From assembly GCA_965228855.1 (NCBI GenBank), contig CBDDIJ010000003.1, positions 2,432,001 to 2,496,000 on the forward strand: a DNA stretch of 64,000 nucleotides, given 5' to 3'. The notes beneath the pieces are model-generated. The model ran no database searches, was not told where the DNA came from, and saw only the letters and a list, made by a program, of their open reading frames with translations. The position numbers and the translations under genes were made by a program. Of the stretch, positions 30,339 through 40,891 are shown one piece after another; within the stretch, counting starts at the first letter, position 1; each line of letters opens with the position of its first letter. This DNA comes from Candidatus Obscuribacterales bacterium (GTDB lineage: Bacteria; Cyanobacteriota; Vampirovibrionia; Obscuribacterales; Obscuribacteraceae).

Positions 30339-31613
30339 AACCGTTTCAATCTTAGCGAGCATCATAGCCAGCACGAACCAGTGCATAAGGCGAACATGAC
30401 CGGTGCCGAAATTATATTCGAAGAGACCTGCCACCGTAAGCGATACTATGCCGCCAAGGCAACCAAGTCCAATGGCGCGATGGAGCAAATCCTCCTGATC
30501 CGGTGAACGCTTGCTACGCCATGTTTTAAACGAAAACCATAACATCGAAAGCTCCAAATACAGGAACGCCAGCAAACCCACAATTCCCATAGTCGCAAGA
30601 ATGTGCAAGAAATTATTGTGTGCATGGACCAGGTAAGTAGACTCACCGGGAACGATCGCTTCCGGAATATCTAACTTAGGGAAATTGCGTACACCGACGC
30701 CGAAAACAGGATGTTCACGCCACACTTCCCATGCTTTTTGCCAAACAACAAAACGCGCTTGTACTCCAACGTCACCTTGAATGTTTGTTAGCATCGGAAC
30801 AATCCGCGTTTGAACAACCGGAACAGTGAACCATGAAATCAGTCCAACCGGGATCATGGAAAGCAGCACCAGACCAAACATTCGTAGAGAGACCAGGCAG
30901 GCAATCACAAGCACACCAGCAAGTATTCCGAGCCACGCGCTTCGCTCGCTGGCGAAATAGACACCAGCCAGATTGCAGGCGGTAAGAACGGAAAATGCAA
31001 AGCGGTTTCCGATCACCTGTTTAAAACCTCCACTGAGAAGCAGAGCCAGAGCCAGACAAGCAGTAACCTCCATCTGACCTGCGTAGGCCATCGGATTTCC
31101 CATGAAGCCGGACGCTTGAAGATACTGAAACTTTTCAAACGGATGAAAATGAAACAACTGTTGAATCGTTCCCCAGACACCCGCAACGGCACCGCACGAA
31201 AGCAGCACTGCGACAACCTTTTCTCGCAAGTGATCGGAACGGTTGAAAGCGGTATATGCAATAAAATAAAGCAGAAACGCACGCAGCGTGACGACAGAAG
31301 CCCAACCTTCTTTGAGCCCACCGTTAATCGTTCCTGTTACCATCACGACTATAGTGAATACCAAAAGAGGGATGGATAGCGGTGCCTGCCGAACAGCGCT
31401 GACAGAGGGACAGCTTAAAAACGCCTGCCGATTCGAGTGTTCCGAACCAGCTCCAGAAATTTCCAAACCAATACGCGCGACAAAAACAACCATGCCGGCA
31501 ATCAAAACTATCCAGGAATAAGTTATTGGAAGGTAGACGGCGACCGCGTAGACAAGGATAACCCACTGCTCTAACTTCGATGTAATCTCGTAGAGTTTAT
31601 GGATGTTGTTCAA
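30285..31613 (-). CDS. O-antigen ligase family membrane protein
   Basis: SERSAWLG, R..VW..A......HPVFGVG, HAHNNFLHILATMGIVG; TTG 31613 preferred because the longer ORF overlaps trpS. Confidence 0.85.
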   Translation of the reverse strand: MNNIHKLYEITSKLEQWVILVYAVAVYLPITYSWIVLIAGMVVFVARIGLEISGAGSEHSNRQAFLSCPSVSAVRQAPLSIPLLVFTIVVMVTGTINGGLKEGWASVVTLRAFLLYFIAYTAFNRSDHLREKVVAVLLSCGAVAGVWGTIQQLFHFHPFEKFQYLQASGFMGNPMAYAGQMEVTACLALALLLSGGFKQVIGNRFAFSVLTACNLAGVYFASERSAWLGILAGVLVIACLVSLRMFGLVLLSMIPVGLISWFTVPVVQTRIVPMLTNIQGDVGVQARFVVWQKAWEVWREHPVFGVGVRNFPKLDIPEAIVPGESTYLVHAHNNFLHILATMGIVGLLAFLYLELSMLWFSFKTWRSKRSPDQEDLLHRAIGLGCLGGIVSLTVAGLFEYNFGTGHVRLMHWFVLAMMLAKIETVSNVSLSPGKAFEAPGGE

Positions 31614-31635
31614 AACCTGGCCACTCAGCGAACGA

Positions 31636-32676
31636 CTAGTCGTTCTTCCAGTTGTGTAAGCCCATGATATCGCGGACTTCGGCAAGGGTCTTCTTAGCCG
31701 TTTCTCTAGCTTTCTTGTTTCCGTATTCGAGAATTTGCTCGACCTTCTTAGGGTCGCTTGCGAACTTCTCGCGACGCTCACGAAGAGGTCTCAAATAATC
31801 GTTCATTTTGCCGGCAAGCCGTTTCTTACAATCAACGCAGCCAATCTGCGCCGACTCGCACTCAGTGCGAACTTGCTCGGTTATATCGGAGCCGAAAATC
31901 TGATACATGGGCCACGGCACTTCGCACTGATCGACATGACCCGGATCGGATTTGGCGATGCGAGTTCTATCCGTGATCATTTTCATGACCTGCTTAGTGG
32001 TATCAGCATCGGTATCAGCGAGGTTGATGGCATTGTTCGCAGACTTACCCATTTTGGAACCGTCTATGCCCTTGAGCAAAGGCGTGGAGGTAAACTCCGG
32101 TCGGCATTCCGGGAAGAAATCGACGCCGTACAGGTGATTGAACTTGCGAGCCAAACCACGCGCAAATTCAAGGTGCGATTCCTGGTCTTTACCGACTGGA
32201 ACCAACTCGCCTTTGAACGTCAGAATATCGGCGCTCATCAAAACGGGATAACCAAGGAGCCCGTAAGTAGCCTTTTCACGTGCTTCTTCCTCATCGGCAG
32301 CCAGCATGCGCACCATATCTTTGAGAGTAGGTTCGCGCTCAACCCAATTTTGCTGAGTAATCATCGAGAGCAACAAATGCAACTCTGCGATCTCTGGAAT
32401 ACCGGACTGAACATAAATGGTCGAGACTTCCGGATCAATGCCGGCAGCAAGCCAATCAAGGGCAATCTCGTGTATGTTGGCTTTGATCTGGCTCGTATCT
32501 TGATACTTGGTGGTAAGCGCATGCCAATCAACGATCGAAAAATAGGACTCGTATTCGGTTTGAAAACGAACCCAGTTGATTAACACGCCGAAGTAATGTC
32601 CGAGATGCAGCCGACCAGTCGGGCGCATTCCGGACATGATTCTTTTGGTCTTAGTTTTTGAAAGTGTCGCCGACAA
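31636..32676 (-). CDS. trpS: Tryptophan--tRNA ligase
   Basis: SGMRPTGRLHLGHY (HIGH-like), YPVLMSADIL, VPVGKDQ, KMGKS. Confidence 0.97.
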   Translation of the reverse strand: MSATLSKTKTKRIMSGMRPTGRLHLGHYFGVLINWVRFQTEYESYFSIVDWHALTTKYQDTSQIKANIHEIALDWLAAGIDPEVSTIYVQSGIPEIAELHLLLSMITQQNWVEREPTLKDMVRMLAADEEEAREKATYGLLGYPVLMSADILTFKGELVPVGKDQESHLEFARGLARKFNHLYGVDFFPECRPEFTSTPLLKGIDGSKMGKSANNAINLADTDADTTKQVMKMITDRTRIAKSDPGHVDQCEVPWPMYQIFGSDITEQVRTECESAQIGCVDCKKRLAGKMNDYLRPLRERREKFASDPKKVEQILEYGNKKARETAKKTLAEVRDIMGLHNWKND

Positions 32677-32682
32677 AAGTGA

Positions 32683-32811
32683 TTAGCCTTCCTGCGAACG
32701 GCCTTTTTTCTCCTGGCTCTTAGCAATCGCTTCGCGCACTTTGTCTTTTTTGCGATTTTCTTTTGCTTTTCTGCGAGCCTTTTTCTGTCTTGCGTTGTAT
32801 TGAGCGGTCAT
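32683..32811 (-). CDS. Small Lys/Arg-rich protein (42 aa)
   Basis: MTAQYNARQKKARRKAKENRKKDKVREAIAKSQEKKGRSQEG with TAAGGAG Shine-Dalgarno upstream; ends 6 nt before trpS. Confidence 0.7.
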   Translation of the reverse strand: MTAQYNARQKKARRKAKENRKKDKVREAIAKSQEKKGRSQEG

Positions 32812-32995
32812 TCGAAATAAACTCCTTACAGTACTCTTCGAAGATAAGCCGGCGCGCCCGGCACACGGAGCCGTTATACGGCATTCGCCCGTGCAGTGAT
32901 TCAGGACGGATTCTCTCGCGCCCAATCACAGCAATGAATATACCATGTCCAGCGCTTTGCAGCTTTAGCAGCCTTTGAAAAGCGTAATTTAGCCG

Positions 32996-35182
32996 TTACC
33001 TGGCTCTGAATCTTTCCCGCTCTTTGTTAACCCTCTCCATATCTATGGGAAGCATGTAACCGGCGGCAACAAGCAATTTGTCAAGCGAGATTCCCTGGCG
33101 GTTTGAGATGGCAACCATGTCACGGAGCTGATCGCCCGTAATCCTGCGCCGTTGCAGCAAATACTGTTCCAGCTCGAGTCGCCCCAGCAACAAATCGACG
33201 GTTAAGCTCATGACAGGGTCGGTATGCTCGATATAACCACGATCCAGACAGTATCTGTAACTTGCCAACACCGCCGATTCCGATCTATTAGAATCAGTCA
33301 ATACGAGTAACAGAGTTTTACCTCGCTCCGCATCGAGGAGAACTTGCTTTAGTAACTCATCGAGCTGAGAGTTCGTCAACGCAATTGAGCCGATGTTTGT
33401 AATTTGGAATGTGCTGACCAACAATCGTTCAATATCGATGCTGACTAGCGGCAGAGGGTCCGTGCGCCTCTCGTCGAATTGTTTCACCGGTATTTCCGGT
33501 GCCACTACATGCAATACCTCTTCGAATTCCGAAATATCAGCCTGAAAGTCAGCCAGAGCCTTCGCAGCAACTTCATCTAAATGATCGGCGAGAGGTTCGT
33601 TCAGAGTATCGTTCGGGTTCGTTTCCACCGCCGGCAAGTCTTGCGTCTGATGCGGTTTCTTGTCGCCGTTCTTGTTTTCCTTCTCAGAAGATCCTGAAGA
33701 GGAAGCCTTCTTTAATTGCTTCTTGAAGTTGTCAGCCACATCAGCGTCTTCGGCCGCTATAGTTTCACTGAGATTTGCTTCCTTTCTGTTCTTCGGTGAC
33801 TCATCATCATTGGGAGCTATCGGATCTCGAAGCAGGTCTATTATTTTTCTCTTCGGAACAGCATTTTGCGCTGCGACACCGGTGTCAGTTTTCAAAACCG
33901 GCTCAGCATCAGCTTTTGCAGCGACACCAACTTTCTGCCGCTCGTCGGCACTTTCCACCGCGATAGCTGGATCAATCGCTTTCAGTGGACCGGTTGTTTT
34001 TAAAGTGTCAAGGGAAACCGCTGGCTCTGCCTCTGTTTTAGCTGCACTTTTCGCCGCCGGTTTCTCAACGTCTTTGTAAGACTTCTCCCCGTCCTTCGGC
34101 GTCGATTTGTCGCCATCACGTCTTGCGACGGAGACGTTGTGCCAACCTGCAGTCTTCTCCGCTTTGGAAGAGATCTTATCATCGCCTTTGGCAGAAGCCT
34201 TTTCGCCGTCTTTGCCGGAACTATTCTTCTCACCTTCTGCGGTCTCGACATCCCTGGAAACAGCCTTATTGTCTTCCTGTCCGCCTTTCGGAGCGGTCTT
34301 CTCACCATCTTTTCCTGAAGGTTTGCCGGAATCCCTGGCGGAATTCTTGTCGCTGTCTTTGACTACTTTCGAAGAATCTTTAGCAACCGGTTTATCAGAA
34401 GCAGGTTCTGCCGATTGAGACGATTTTGTATTATCGCTTGCAGCCGGATTCAAAGCTCGCAATCCGGAAGCCGTGTCATCAGCGCCACGCGGTCTGGCGC
34501 GTGCACCACCGATATCAGTTGCATGAAACTCGACAGTGACGCCTTTGGCTGCGGGTTCGGCATGTTTGGCGAGTTCCTTACTTGCCAGCTTCACGAGATC
34601 GGTATCAACCGGTTCACTGAACGCAGTAGGTCGAACGACTTCGACTGAACGCGTTATCAGAAGCCGGTAAAGAACTCCGATAGTTTTCTTCAGGTCAAAC
34701 TGAAACTCGCGCATCGCTTGACGCATAGTTCGTCCGTCAGTGATCCAGCCCAGAATTGCATAGTCTTCCTTCTCGAGCGGCTGCACGTGCAGAGCCTCTT
34801 GCCACTCGGCAGTTCCAAATGTTCGAGATGGAACCACTTCCGTATTCAGACCGACATTGCTCTCGCGAAGAAATGCGCATTGATCGGAAAAACATCCCGG
34901 TTCGGACAGATTCAGGTTTATATTGCTCCGAATCGTGCTCTTGAAATGCGACGGCAGTTTTTCCACCACAAACTCGCCGTCTGTCCAGTTTAGAAATTCG
35001 CAGAGCGCATCCAGACCTTCAAGCAGTCCAAAAGTAGCGACCAGAAGATGACCCTCACAAACAAAGACATCGCCATGCTGACCGCCTTTGTTAATGCGCA
35101 GTCTGTAATTTTTCGTCGATTCGGCAGCAAGCAATTGCAATAGACCTGGCAGACTTATGTCTTCTAGGTTGCCTTCAATCAT
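32996..35182 (-). CDS. DUF4388 (PATAN-like) protein with charged low-complexity linker and degenerate MshEN-like C-terminus
   Basis: MIEGNLEDISLPGLLQLL...GDVFVCEGHLLVA...GLDALCEFLNWTDGEF; KDGEK repeats; LEQYLLQRRRITGDQL...GISLDKLLVAAGYM. Confidence 0.75.
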   Translation of the reverse strand: MIEGNLEDISLPGLLQLLAAESTKNYRLRINKGGQHGDVFVCEGHLLVATFGLLEGLDALCEFLNWTDGEFVVEKLPSHFKSTIRSNINLNLSEPGCFSDQCAFLRESNVGLNTEVVPSRTFGTAEWQEALHVQPLEKEDYAILGWITDGRTMRQAMREFQFDLKKTIGVLYRLLITRSVEVVRPTAFSEPVDTDLVKLASKELAKHAEPAAKGVTVEFHATDIGGARARPRGADDTASGLRALNPAASDNTKSSQSAEPASDKPVAKDSSKVVKDSDKNSARDSGKPSGKDGEKTAPKGGQEDNKAVSRDVETAEGEKNSSGKDGEKASAKGDDKISSKAEKTAGWHNVSVARRDGDKSTPKDGEKSYKDVEKPAAKSAAKTEAEPAVSLDTLKTTGPLKAIDPAIAVESADERQKVGVAAKADAEPVLKTDTGVAAQNAVPKRKIIDLLRDPIAPNDDESPKNRKEANLSETIAAEDADVADNFKKQLKKASSSGSSEKENKNGDKKPHQTQDLPAVETNPNDTLNEPLADHLDEVAAKALADFQADISEFEEVLHVVAPEIPVKQFDERRTDPLPLVSIDIERLLVSTFQITNIGSIALTNSQLDELLKQVLLDAERGKTLLLVLTDSNRSESAVLASYRYCLDRGYIEHTDPVMSLTVDLLLGRLELEQYLLQRRRITGDQLRDMVAISNRQGISLDKLLVAAGYMLPIDMERVNKERERFRAR

Positions 35183-35440
35183 TTGTAGTTATACCTTCTC
35201 GCTTTCGGCTCTGTTAGCGGTTTTTCAGAGGGTCTTTTTGCAAATAAAATCAATAAGTGGTGGGAAAAAGATCTCTCTAAAAAGGGTCAGCCCGAAAATA
35301 ACAACCCATTCACGGTTGGCACGATGTTAATTTACAAAAGTTAATTAACACGCGAAGTGCTAGGGCTTGTGAGGAATTGGGTAGATACACACAAGAGAGA
35401 CCCATTACCACATCAATTGTATAGGGAGCTAGTACGAGTT

Positions 35441-36400
35441 GTGAGCACTCGAGTCACCGACGAAATGACCGATGAATGGTCCGAAACAGACTTTGACCCA
35501 ACCGATGACGACGAGTTCGGCGACGAGGAAGGTACTGCCACAACGGCAGGTAAGAAGAAGCAAGACGGATTCACCGAAGACTCCGTGAGACTGTATCTGC
35601 GCGAAATTGGCCGCGTGCGCATGATCAAGCCGGACGAGGAAATCGAGTTGGCGCGCCGCATAGCCAAGGGCGATGGCGAAGCGAAGAAGAAACTGATTCA
35701 GGCGAATTTGCGCCTGGTCATATCGATCGCAAAGAAATACGTCAACCGCGGTCTTCCGTTCCAGGACTTGATTCAGGAAGGAAATCTCGGTTTGATCCGT
35801 GCAGCTGAGAAATTCGATCACACAAAAGGTTTTAAGTTCAGCACCTACGCCACCTGGTGGATAAGACAGGCCATCAGCCGTGGTTTGGCTGATAAATCGC
35901 GTACCATCCGTGTGCCTGTGCACATGGTTGAATCAATCAATAAATTAAAGAAAACCAGCGCAAGATTATCACAAGAGCTTGGTCGCAAGCCGAACGAAGA
36001 CGAACTGTCAAACGCGATGGAACTGTCTGTCGGCAAGATACAAGAGATTCTCGCAGCCGATCGTGAGCCGGTCTCCATGGAGATGCCGCTAAACCGAGAT
36101 GAAGAAACCTATCTCGGTGACTTGATCGAAGACAATGAATCCGCCCGGCCGGATTCGAGCACGGAAGAGGAGCTTTTGCGCCAGGACATTGGACGAATGC
36201 TCAGCCAACTCACGCCGCGCGAACGAGATATCATGCATCTGCGCTACGGTCTGGAAGATGGACGGCAGAGAACGCTTGAAGAAGTCGGCAGGCTCTTCAA
36301 CATCACACGCGAGCGAGTCAGACAGATTGAACACAAAGCTTTCCGGAAACTGAGACAGCCATCCTGGAGCAATAAACTGGTCGGATATTTGGACGACTAG
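35441..36400 (+). CDS. RpoD/SigA-family sigma-70 factor lacking a clear region 1.1
   Basis: [64 protein letters not shown]; start uncertain. Confidence 0.93.
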   Translation: MSTRVTDEMTDEWSETDFDPTDDDEFGDEEGTATTAGKKKQDGFTEDSVRLYLREIGRVRMIKPDEEIELARRIAKGDGEAKKKLIQANLRLVISIAKKYVNRGLPFQDLIQEGNLGLIRAAEKFDHTKGFKFSTYATWWIRQAISRGLADKSRTIRVPVHMVESINKLKKTSARLSQELGRKPNEDELSNAMELSVGKIQEILAADREPVSMEMPLNRDEETYLGDLIEDNESARPDSSTEEELLRQDIGRMLSQLTPRERDIMHLRYGLEDGRQRTLEEVGRLFNITRERVRQIEHKAFRKLRQPSWSNKLVGYLDD

Positions 36401-36431
36401 TCCAGCTCAACATCTGTGCATTCCACTTTCG

Positions 36432-36466
36432 AACCGCGATCGTCAAAGGCGACGATCGCGGTTTTT
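36432..36466 (+). terminator. Rho-independent terminator after the sigma gene
   Basis: AACCGCGATCGTC / GACGATCGCGGTT followed by TTT. Confidence 0.85.
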
Positions 36467-36634
36467 GCTCAGCTTGAAAAGCATTAGATAAATGGCCTTT
36501 ATTAGAACCTCCTCAAGTTGATAACTTATAAGGGACTTCAGGTCGATCGGTTGCGCTAACCATCTCGGCTCCCCGCAGATGTTCGCGCCAACTCAACCCG
36601 ACTGTGGCACCAGGCAGCTCAGGAAACCCAGCTC

Positions 36635-38020
36635 ATGACGCCAGCAACAGAGACAGAAACAACGAACTTGCTGGAACTCACCGCACTGGCGGATAGCGGG
36701 CAGCGTCAAAAATTGCGTCTGGTTCTAAATGACCTGCATCCGGCCGATCTTGCAGTCATGCTCGCTGACATGGATTTCGAGCATCGCCTGTCATGTTTTC
36801 GCCTGCTTGACTTAGACCACGCTTCGGAAGTGCTCGCCGAGCTGGACCTGGACGTGCAAGCCAATTTGCTGAAAGCGCTCGGCGACATTCGCGTTGTTCC
36901 AATCATCAGTCGCATGTCTCCTAATGACGCGGTCGACCTGCTCGGCGAGCTGCCGGCGGAAGAAGCCTCCGCGATTATCAGCCAGATTGCAGACACCGAT
37001 GCCAAAGAAGATCTAGAAGAACTTTTGAAGTTCGACCAGGACACGGCCGGCGGTATAATGTCGACCGACTATCTATCCGTCTTCGAAAGAATGACAGTTG
37101 GTGAGGCTCTTCTAAACCTGCGAGAAATGTACGCAGACCTGGAAGAGAATATTTATGACGTCTACGTCGTTGACGAGACGGACAAGCTCGTCGGGCATAT
37201 TGCCGTAAAGGACTTGCTGACAGCCGATCCGGCCCTGGTTATTTCATCCTTGATGGACGACACTGTCGTATCGGTTACAACCACGACGGACCAGGAAGAA
37301 GCTGCAGAAAAACTGGGACACTACGATCTATTGTCGCTGCCCGTTGTCGATGAAAACGGCACCCTGCGCGGGATTATCATGGCCGATGATGTCATCGATG
37401 TTCTCAAAGAAGAAGCGACCGAAGACATCTATCAATCGTCTGGTATTGCCAATCCCGGTGGCGATTCTCAAGACATGCTCGGCAGTCACGTTGGCAAGGC
37501 GTTCGGAGCGCGACTGCCCTGGCTCATCGCCACACTCTTAATCGAGTCCGGCGCAGCGACCGTGATCACTCATTACGACAGCGTCATCCGAGACACCGTC
37601 GCGGCAGCCTCCTTCATGCCGCTGCTGTCAGGTGTTACCGGGAGTGTTGCCACTCAGAGCACCTGCATTATCATTCGCGGAACCAAAGAGAAATCCAGTC
37701 TCAACGCAAAGATGATCGCGCGAAATTTGTTTCACGAGATGAAGGTGGGACTGCTCCTAGCCTTGCTCTGCGGGACGTTCACATACTTCTTAAGTCTGAT
37801 TATTCACCAATCACATCATCAACTTGGTATCATCGTTGCGCTCTCGCTGGTGTTGACGATGACAGTAGGTGTCACCATCGGCACTTTGATTCCGATGGTC
37901 TTTCAAAAGATTGGTATAGACCCGGCCCATGCCAGTGGACCTTTTATCACAAGCGTTCTCGACGTATCCACGATGACGATTTATCTAACTATAGTGCACT
38001 TCTTTCGCGCCATGCTTTAG
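36635..38020 (+). CDS. mgtE: Magnesium transporter MgtE
   Basis: LHPADLA, TAGGIMST, CBS pair, DDVIDVL.EEATEDI, RLPWL, IDPA.ASGPFITS.LD. Confidence 0.95.
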   Translation: MTPATETETTNLLELTALADSGQRQKLRLVLNDLHPADLAVMLADMDFEHRLSCFRLLDLDHASEVLAELDLDVQANLLKALGDIRVVPIISRMSPNDAVDLLGELPAEEASAIISQIADTDAKEDLEELLKFDQDTAGGIMSTDYLSVFERMTVGEALLNLREMYADLEENIYDVYVVDETDKLVGHIAVKDLLTADPALVISSLMDDTVVSVTTTTDQEEAAEKLGHYDLLSLPVVDENGTLRGIIMADDVIDVLKEEATEDIYQSSGIANPGGDSQDMLGSHVGKAFGARLPWLIATLLIESGAATVITHYDSVIRDTVAAASFMPLLSGVTGSVATQSTCIIIRGTKEKSSLNAKMIARNLFHEMKVGLLLALLCGTFTYFLSLIIHQSHHQLGIIVALSLVLTMTVGVTIGTLIPMVFQKIGIDPAHASGPFITSVLDVSTMTIYLTIVHFFRAML

Positions 38021-38071
38021 CGTGGCAAAGCCTCTTTGAGACTGGATTTCAATCCGATTAGGAGAATGGTA

Positions 38072-39619
38072 ATGACGACAACAGGACTCAGCCCGAGCGA
38101 CAGATTGACGGAAAAACGCCAGGTCTTAAGCGAGGCGGAGAATAAAAGTCAGAAGAAACAGAGCGGACGTGGAGCGCTGACCGCCAGACAGCGCATAGAG
38201 AAGTTAGTTGATCCGGACAGCTTTATCGAGATCGACAAATACGCGATGCACAATTGCAGCGACTTTGGCATGAACGAAAAACGCATGCTTGGCGACGGCG
38301 TCATAACCGGACAAGCGACGATTGAAGGTCGTCCCGTCTATCTCTTCAGCCATGATGTCACATTCGTCGGCGGCGCACTCGGAGAGGTTTTCGCGCGCAA
38401 GGTTTGCAAAATCATGGATCTCGCTTACCAAGCCGGATGTCCAGTAATCGGTTTAAACGAGAGTGGTGGCGCGCGCATTCAGGAGGGAGTGAAGAGTCTC
38501 GCTGGTTACGCAGACATTTTCTACCGCAACGTGAAGAGTTCCGGCGTGGTTCCGCAAATTTCAGTGATTTACGGCGCATGCGCTGGTGGTGCTGTTTACA
38601 GTCCGGCCGTTACTGACTTCACCATCATGGTGAAAGACAAGAGTTACATGTTTATCACCGGACCGGAGATTGTTAAAACGGTGACCGGAGAAGACGTGAC
38701 ACAAGAGGAACTTGGTGGAGCCGTCGCGCATAATACCAAATCCGGTGTCGCGCAATTACTCGCGGAAGACGAGGACGACTCGTTCGAACTCACTCGTCAA
38801 TTGCTTTCATACTTGCCATCTAACAACCTTGAGTCAGCACCATTCGTAGAAGTGGGAGACGATGCGATTCCTGCTGATGCTCATCTATTGGATTCGTTGA
38901 TTCCAAATGAGAGCACCAAGCCCTACGACATGCATGACGTTATCTCCAAAATCTTCGACTACGGAGAATTTTTCGAAATCGCACCACTTTACGCGACTAA
39001 CATCATCACCGGCTTCGCCAGACTGGGCGGGCATGTCGTCGGAATTGTCGGCAATCAACCGAATCGTCTTGCCGGTTGTCTCGATATAAACGCTTCGGTG
39101 AAAGCGGCTCGCTTTGTGCGTTTCATCGATGCATTCAACATTCCGGTCATCACTTTCGTGGACGTGCCGGGTTATCTGCCGGGTACATCACAAGAATTCA
39201 ACGGCATCATTAGACATGGAGCCAAACTGCTTTATGCCTATTGCGAAGCGACGGTTCCAAAGCTGACCGTCATCACTCGTAAAGCATACGGTGGGGCCTT
39301 CGACGTACTCGGATCTAAAAACGTCGGCGGCGACTATAACTTTTCCTGGCCGACAGGCGAGATTGCGGTCATAGGTGCAGAAGGTGCGGTCAACTTGCTT
39401 TATCGAAAGGAACTCAAGCAAGATCCGACCATCCACAGCAAACTCGTGGGTGAATATCGCGAGCGGTTCGCCAATCCTTATATTGCTGCAGAGGCCGGCT
39501 ACATTGATGACGTGATTGCACCGTCGGAGACGCGCAGGCATTTGCTGGCCGCACTCAATTTTCAGAAGAACAAACGGGTCGAGCGTCCAAAGCGCAAGCA
39601 TGGAAACATTCCGCTTTAA
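38072..39619 (+). CDS. pccB: Acyl-CoA (propionyl-CoA-type) carboxylase carboxyltransferase subunit
   Basis: [70 protein letters not shown] before ATG 38072. Confidence 0.9.
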   Translation: MTTTGLSPSDRLTEKRQVLSEAENKSQKKQSGRGALTARQRIEKLVDPDSFIEIDKYAMHNCSDFGMNEKRMLGDGVITGQATIEGRPVYLFSHDVTFVGGALGEVFARKVCKIMDLAYQAGCPVIGLNESGGARIQEGVKSLAGYADIFYRNVKSSGVVPQISVIYGACAGGAVYSPAVTDFTIMVKDKSYMFITGPEIVKTVTGEDVTQEELGGAVAHNTKSGVAQLLAEDEDDSFELTRQLLSYLPSNNLESAPFVEVGDDAIPADAHLLDSLIPNESTKPYDMHDVISKIFDYGEFFEIAPLYATNIITGFARLGGHVVGIVGNQPNRLAGCLDINASVKAARFVRFIDAFNIPVITFVDVPGYLPGTSQEFNGIIRHGAKLLYAYCEATVPKLTVITRKAYGGAFDVLGSKNVGGDYNFSWPTGEIAVIGAEGAVNLLYRKELKQDPTIHSKLVGEYRERFANPYIAAEAGYIDDVIAPSETRRHLLAALNFQKNKRVERPKRKHGNIPL

Positions 39620-39712
39620 ACAGCCTGCGCCCTGGTTTTCAAGCCCATAACCGAGTGGCGACTTGGTGTTGAAAGCATTAGATCACAAAAACCATTCTGC
39701 AAAACAAGCAAT

Positions 39713-40534
39713 CTATTTCTTAGACAATTCCGGATGCACGAGCGTAACTGGAAAGAGATCCGCTTCCGGATAAATCAGGCGCAAGTTTGTTGAAGCTGAA
39801 TCTTCGCTGTCACCATTGCGTTCCGACAAACTGGAGTTGGAAGCAAGAGGCGCATATTGACCCGATTCTACGCCCACCCCGCCATAATCCATCGCTGCAA
39901 GATTCAGCGATATTCCTGATTGAGGCAAGCGCGAATCGAAGCGATTGACCGGATCGTTAGCTCCGACTTTCTGTTGGATTTTCTGAATTACCGCAGCCGG
40001 AGCCGGACTCGGAACGCAGATTATTGCGCCGGTCAATGTTCCTTTTTTTGTTTGCAGTTTATTGACCTTGGTTATAAACGAACTGAGATATCGCGACGCA
40101 CGCTTGTCGAAATCCTTGCGCTTTTGCGGTTTCACCAGACGCGCAATCACCAGCGGACTGTTTTGACTGTTGTAAAACACGATGTCAAAAACCGGAATTC
40201 TGATTGGTACAAGAAAGCCCTGACGAACAACTTCTACTTTGCAGGACGTCAATCGAGAAATCGATTCCCACAATTCTCTCTGGCGATTGTAAAGACCAGT
40301 TCTGTGAGCCATCTCGAAGTAGCCGGAGAGTACATAATTGACAAGAGAGACGACATCTCGGGCCGGCTTTTTCCCATCAAATTCCAGAACAATATTTTCA
40401 CCGGCACGCTTCACGTCATACGGTGTTACAGAGCGTGGATTGGCGACAACAGAGAAGAGTCCGAAGGCATCGGTCTCCAGACATTTGATTTGAATATGGC
40501 GTGAAGAAAGCCGACTCATTTTATTTCCTGACAC
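39713..40534 (-). CDS. Hypothetical protein
   Basis: 273-aa ORF filling the gap, no recognised motif. Confidence 0.55.
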   Translation of the reverse strand: MSGNKMSRLSSRHIQIKCLETDAFGLFSVVANPRSVTPYDVKRAGENIVLEFDGKKPARDVVSLVNYVLSGYFEMAHRTGLYNRQRELWESISRLTSCKVEVVRQGFLVPIRIPVFDIVFYNSQNSPLVIARLVKPQKRKDFDKRASRYLSSFITKVNKLQTKKGTLTGAIICVPSPAPAAVIQKIQQKVGANDPVNRFDSRLPQSGISLNLAAMDYGGVGVESGQYAPLASNSSLSERNGDSEDSASTNLRLIYPEADLFPVTLVHPELSKK

Positions 40535-40891
40535 AAGTATATTGAAGTGATCAATCGTGGTACATCTATGTTAACGACTTGAAATCGGCACCACATCAAT
40601 GAAAGGAGGACCAATCAAGTTATCCGACACATGCTGACCCACGGTCAGCTGATAATACTGTAAACTGGAAATAGGCGTGTAGGCGGCAGGCTCTTGCTTT
40701 CGATGGGGGAAAGCAATTGCTGGTGAGGGATGATAGCGCGGCTCCTTAAACGTATTAAAATCGATAAGACGCGATACTTCTCAAGCGCGCCCATTCGGGC
40801 CTACTTTTCCACGAGTCTTGAGTTCCAAACAGCCATAGGAAACTAGTAGCACAACGCGATGACACTTATACCTTCTCGAACCAGTTTCAAC

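Noticed and set aside
31630..31645. Perfect 16-bp palindrome GAACGACTAGTCGTTC over the trpS stop codon
   Set aside because: Single occurrence, no loop or U-tract; no function can be supported
31735..32583. 282-aa ORF antisense to trpS, and similar ORFs antisense to dnaK
   Set aside because: Antisense shadows of conserved genes caused by codon bias
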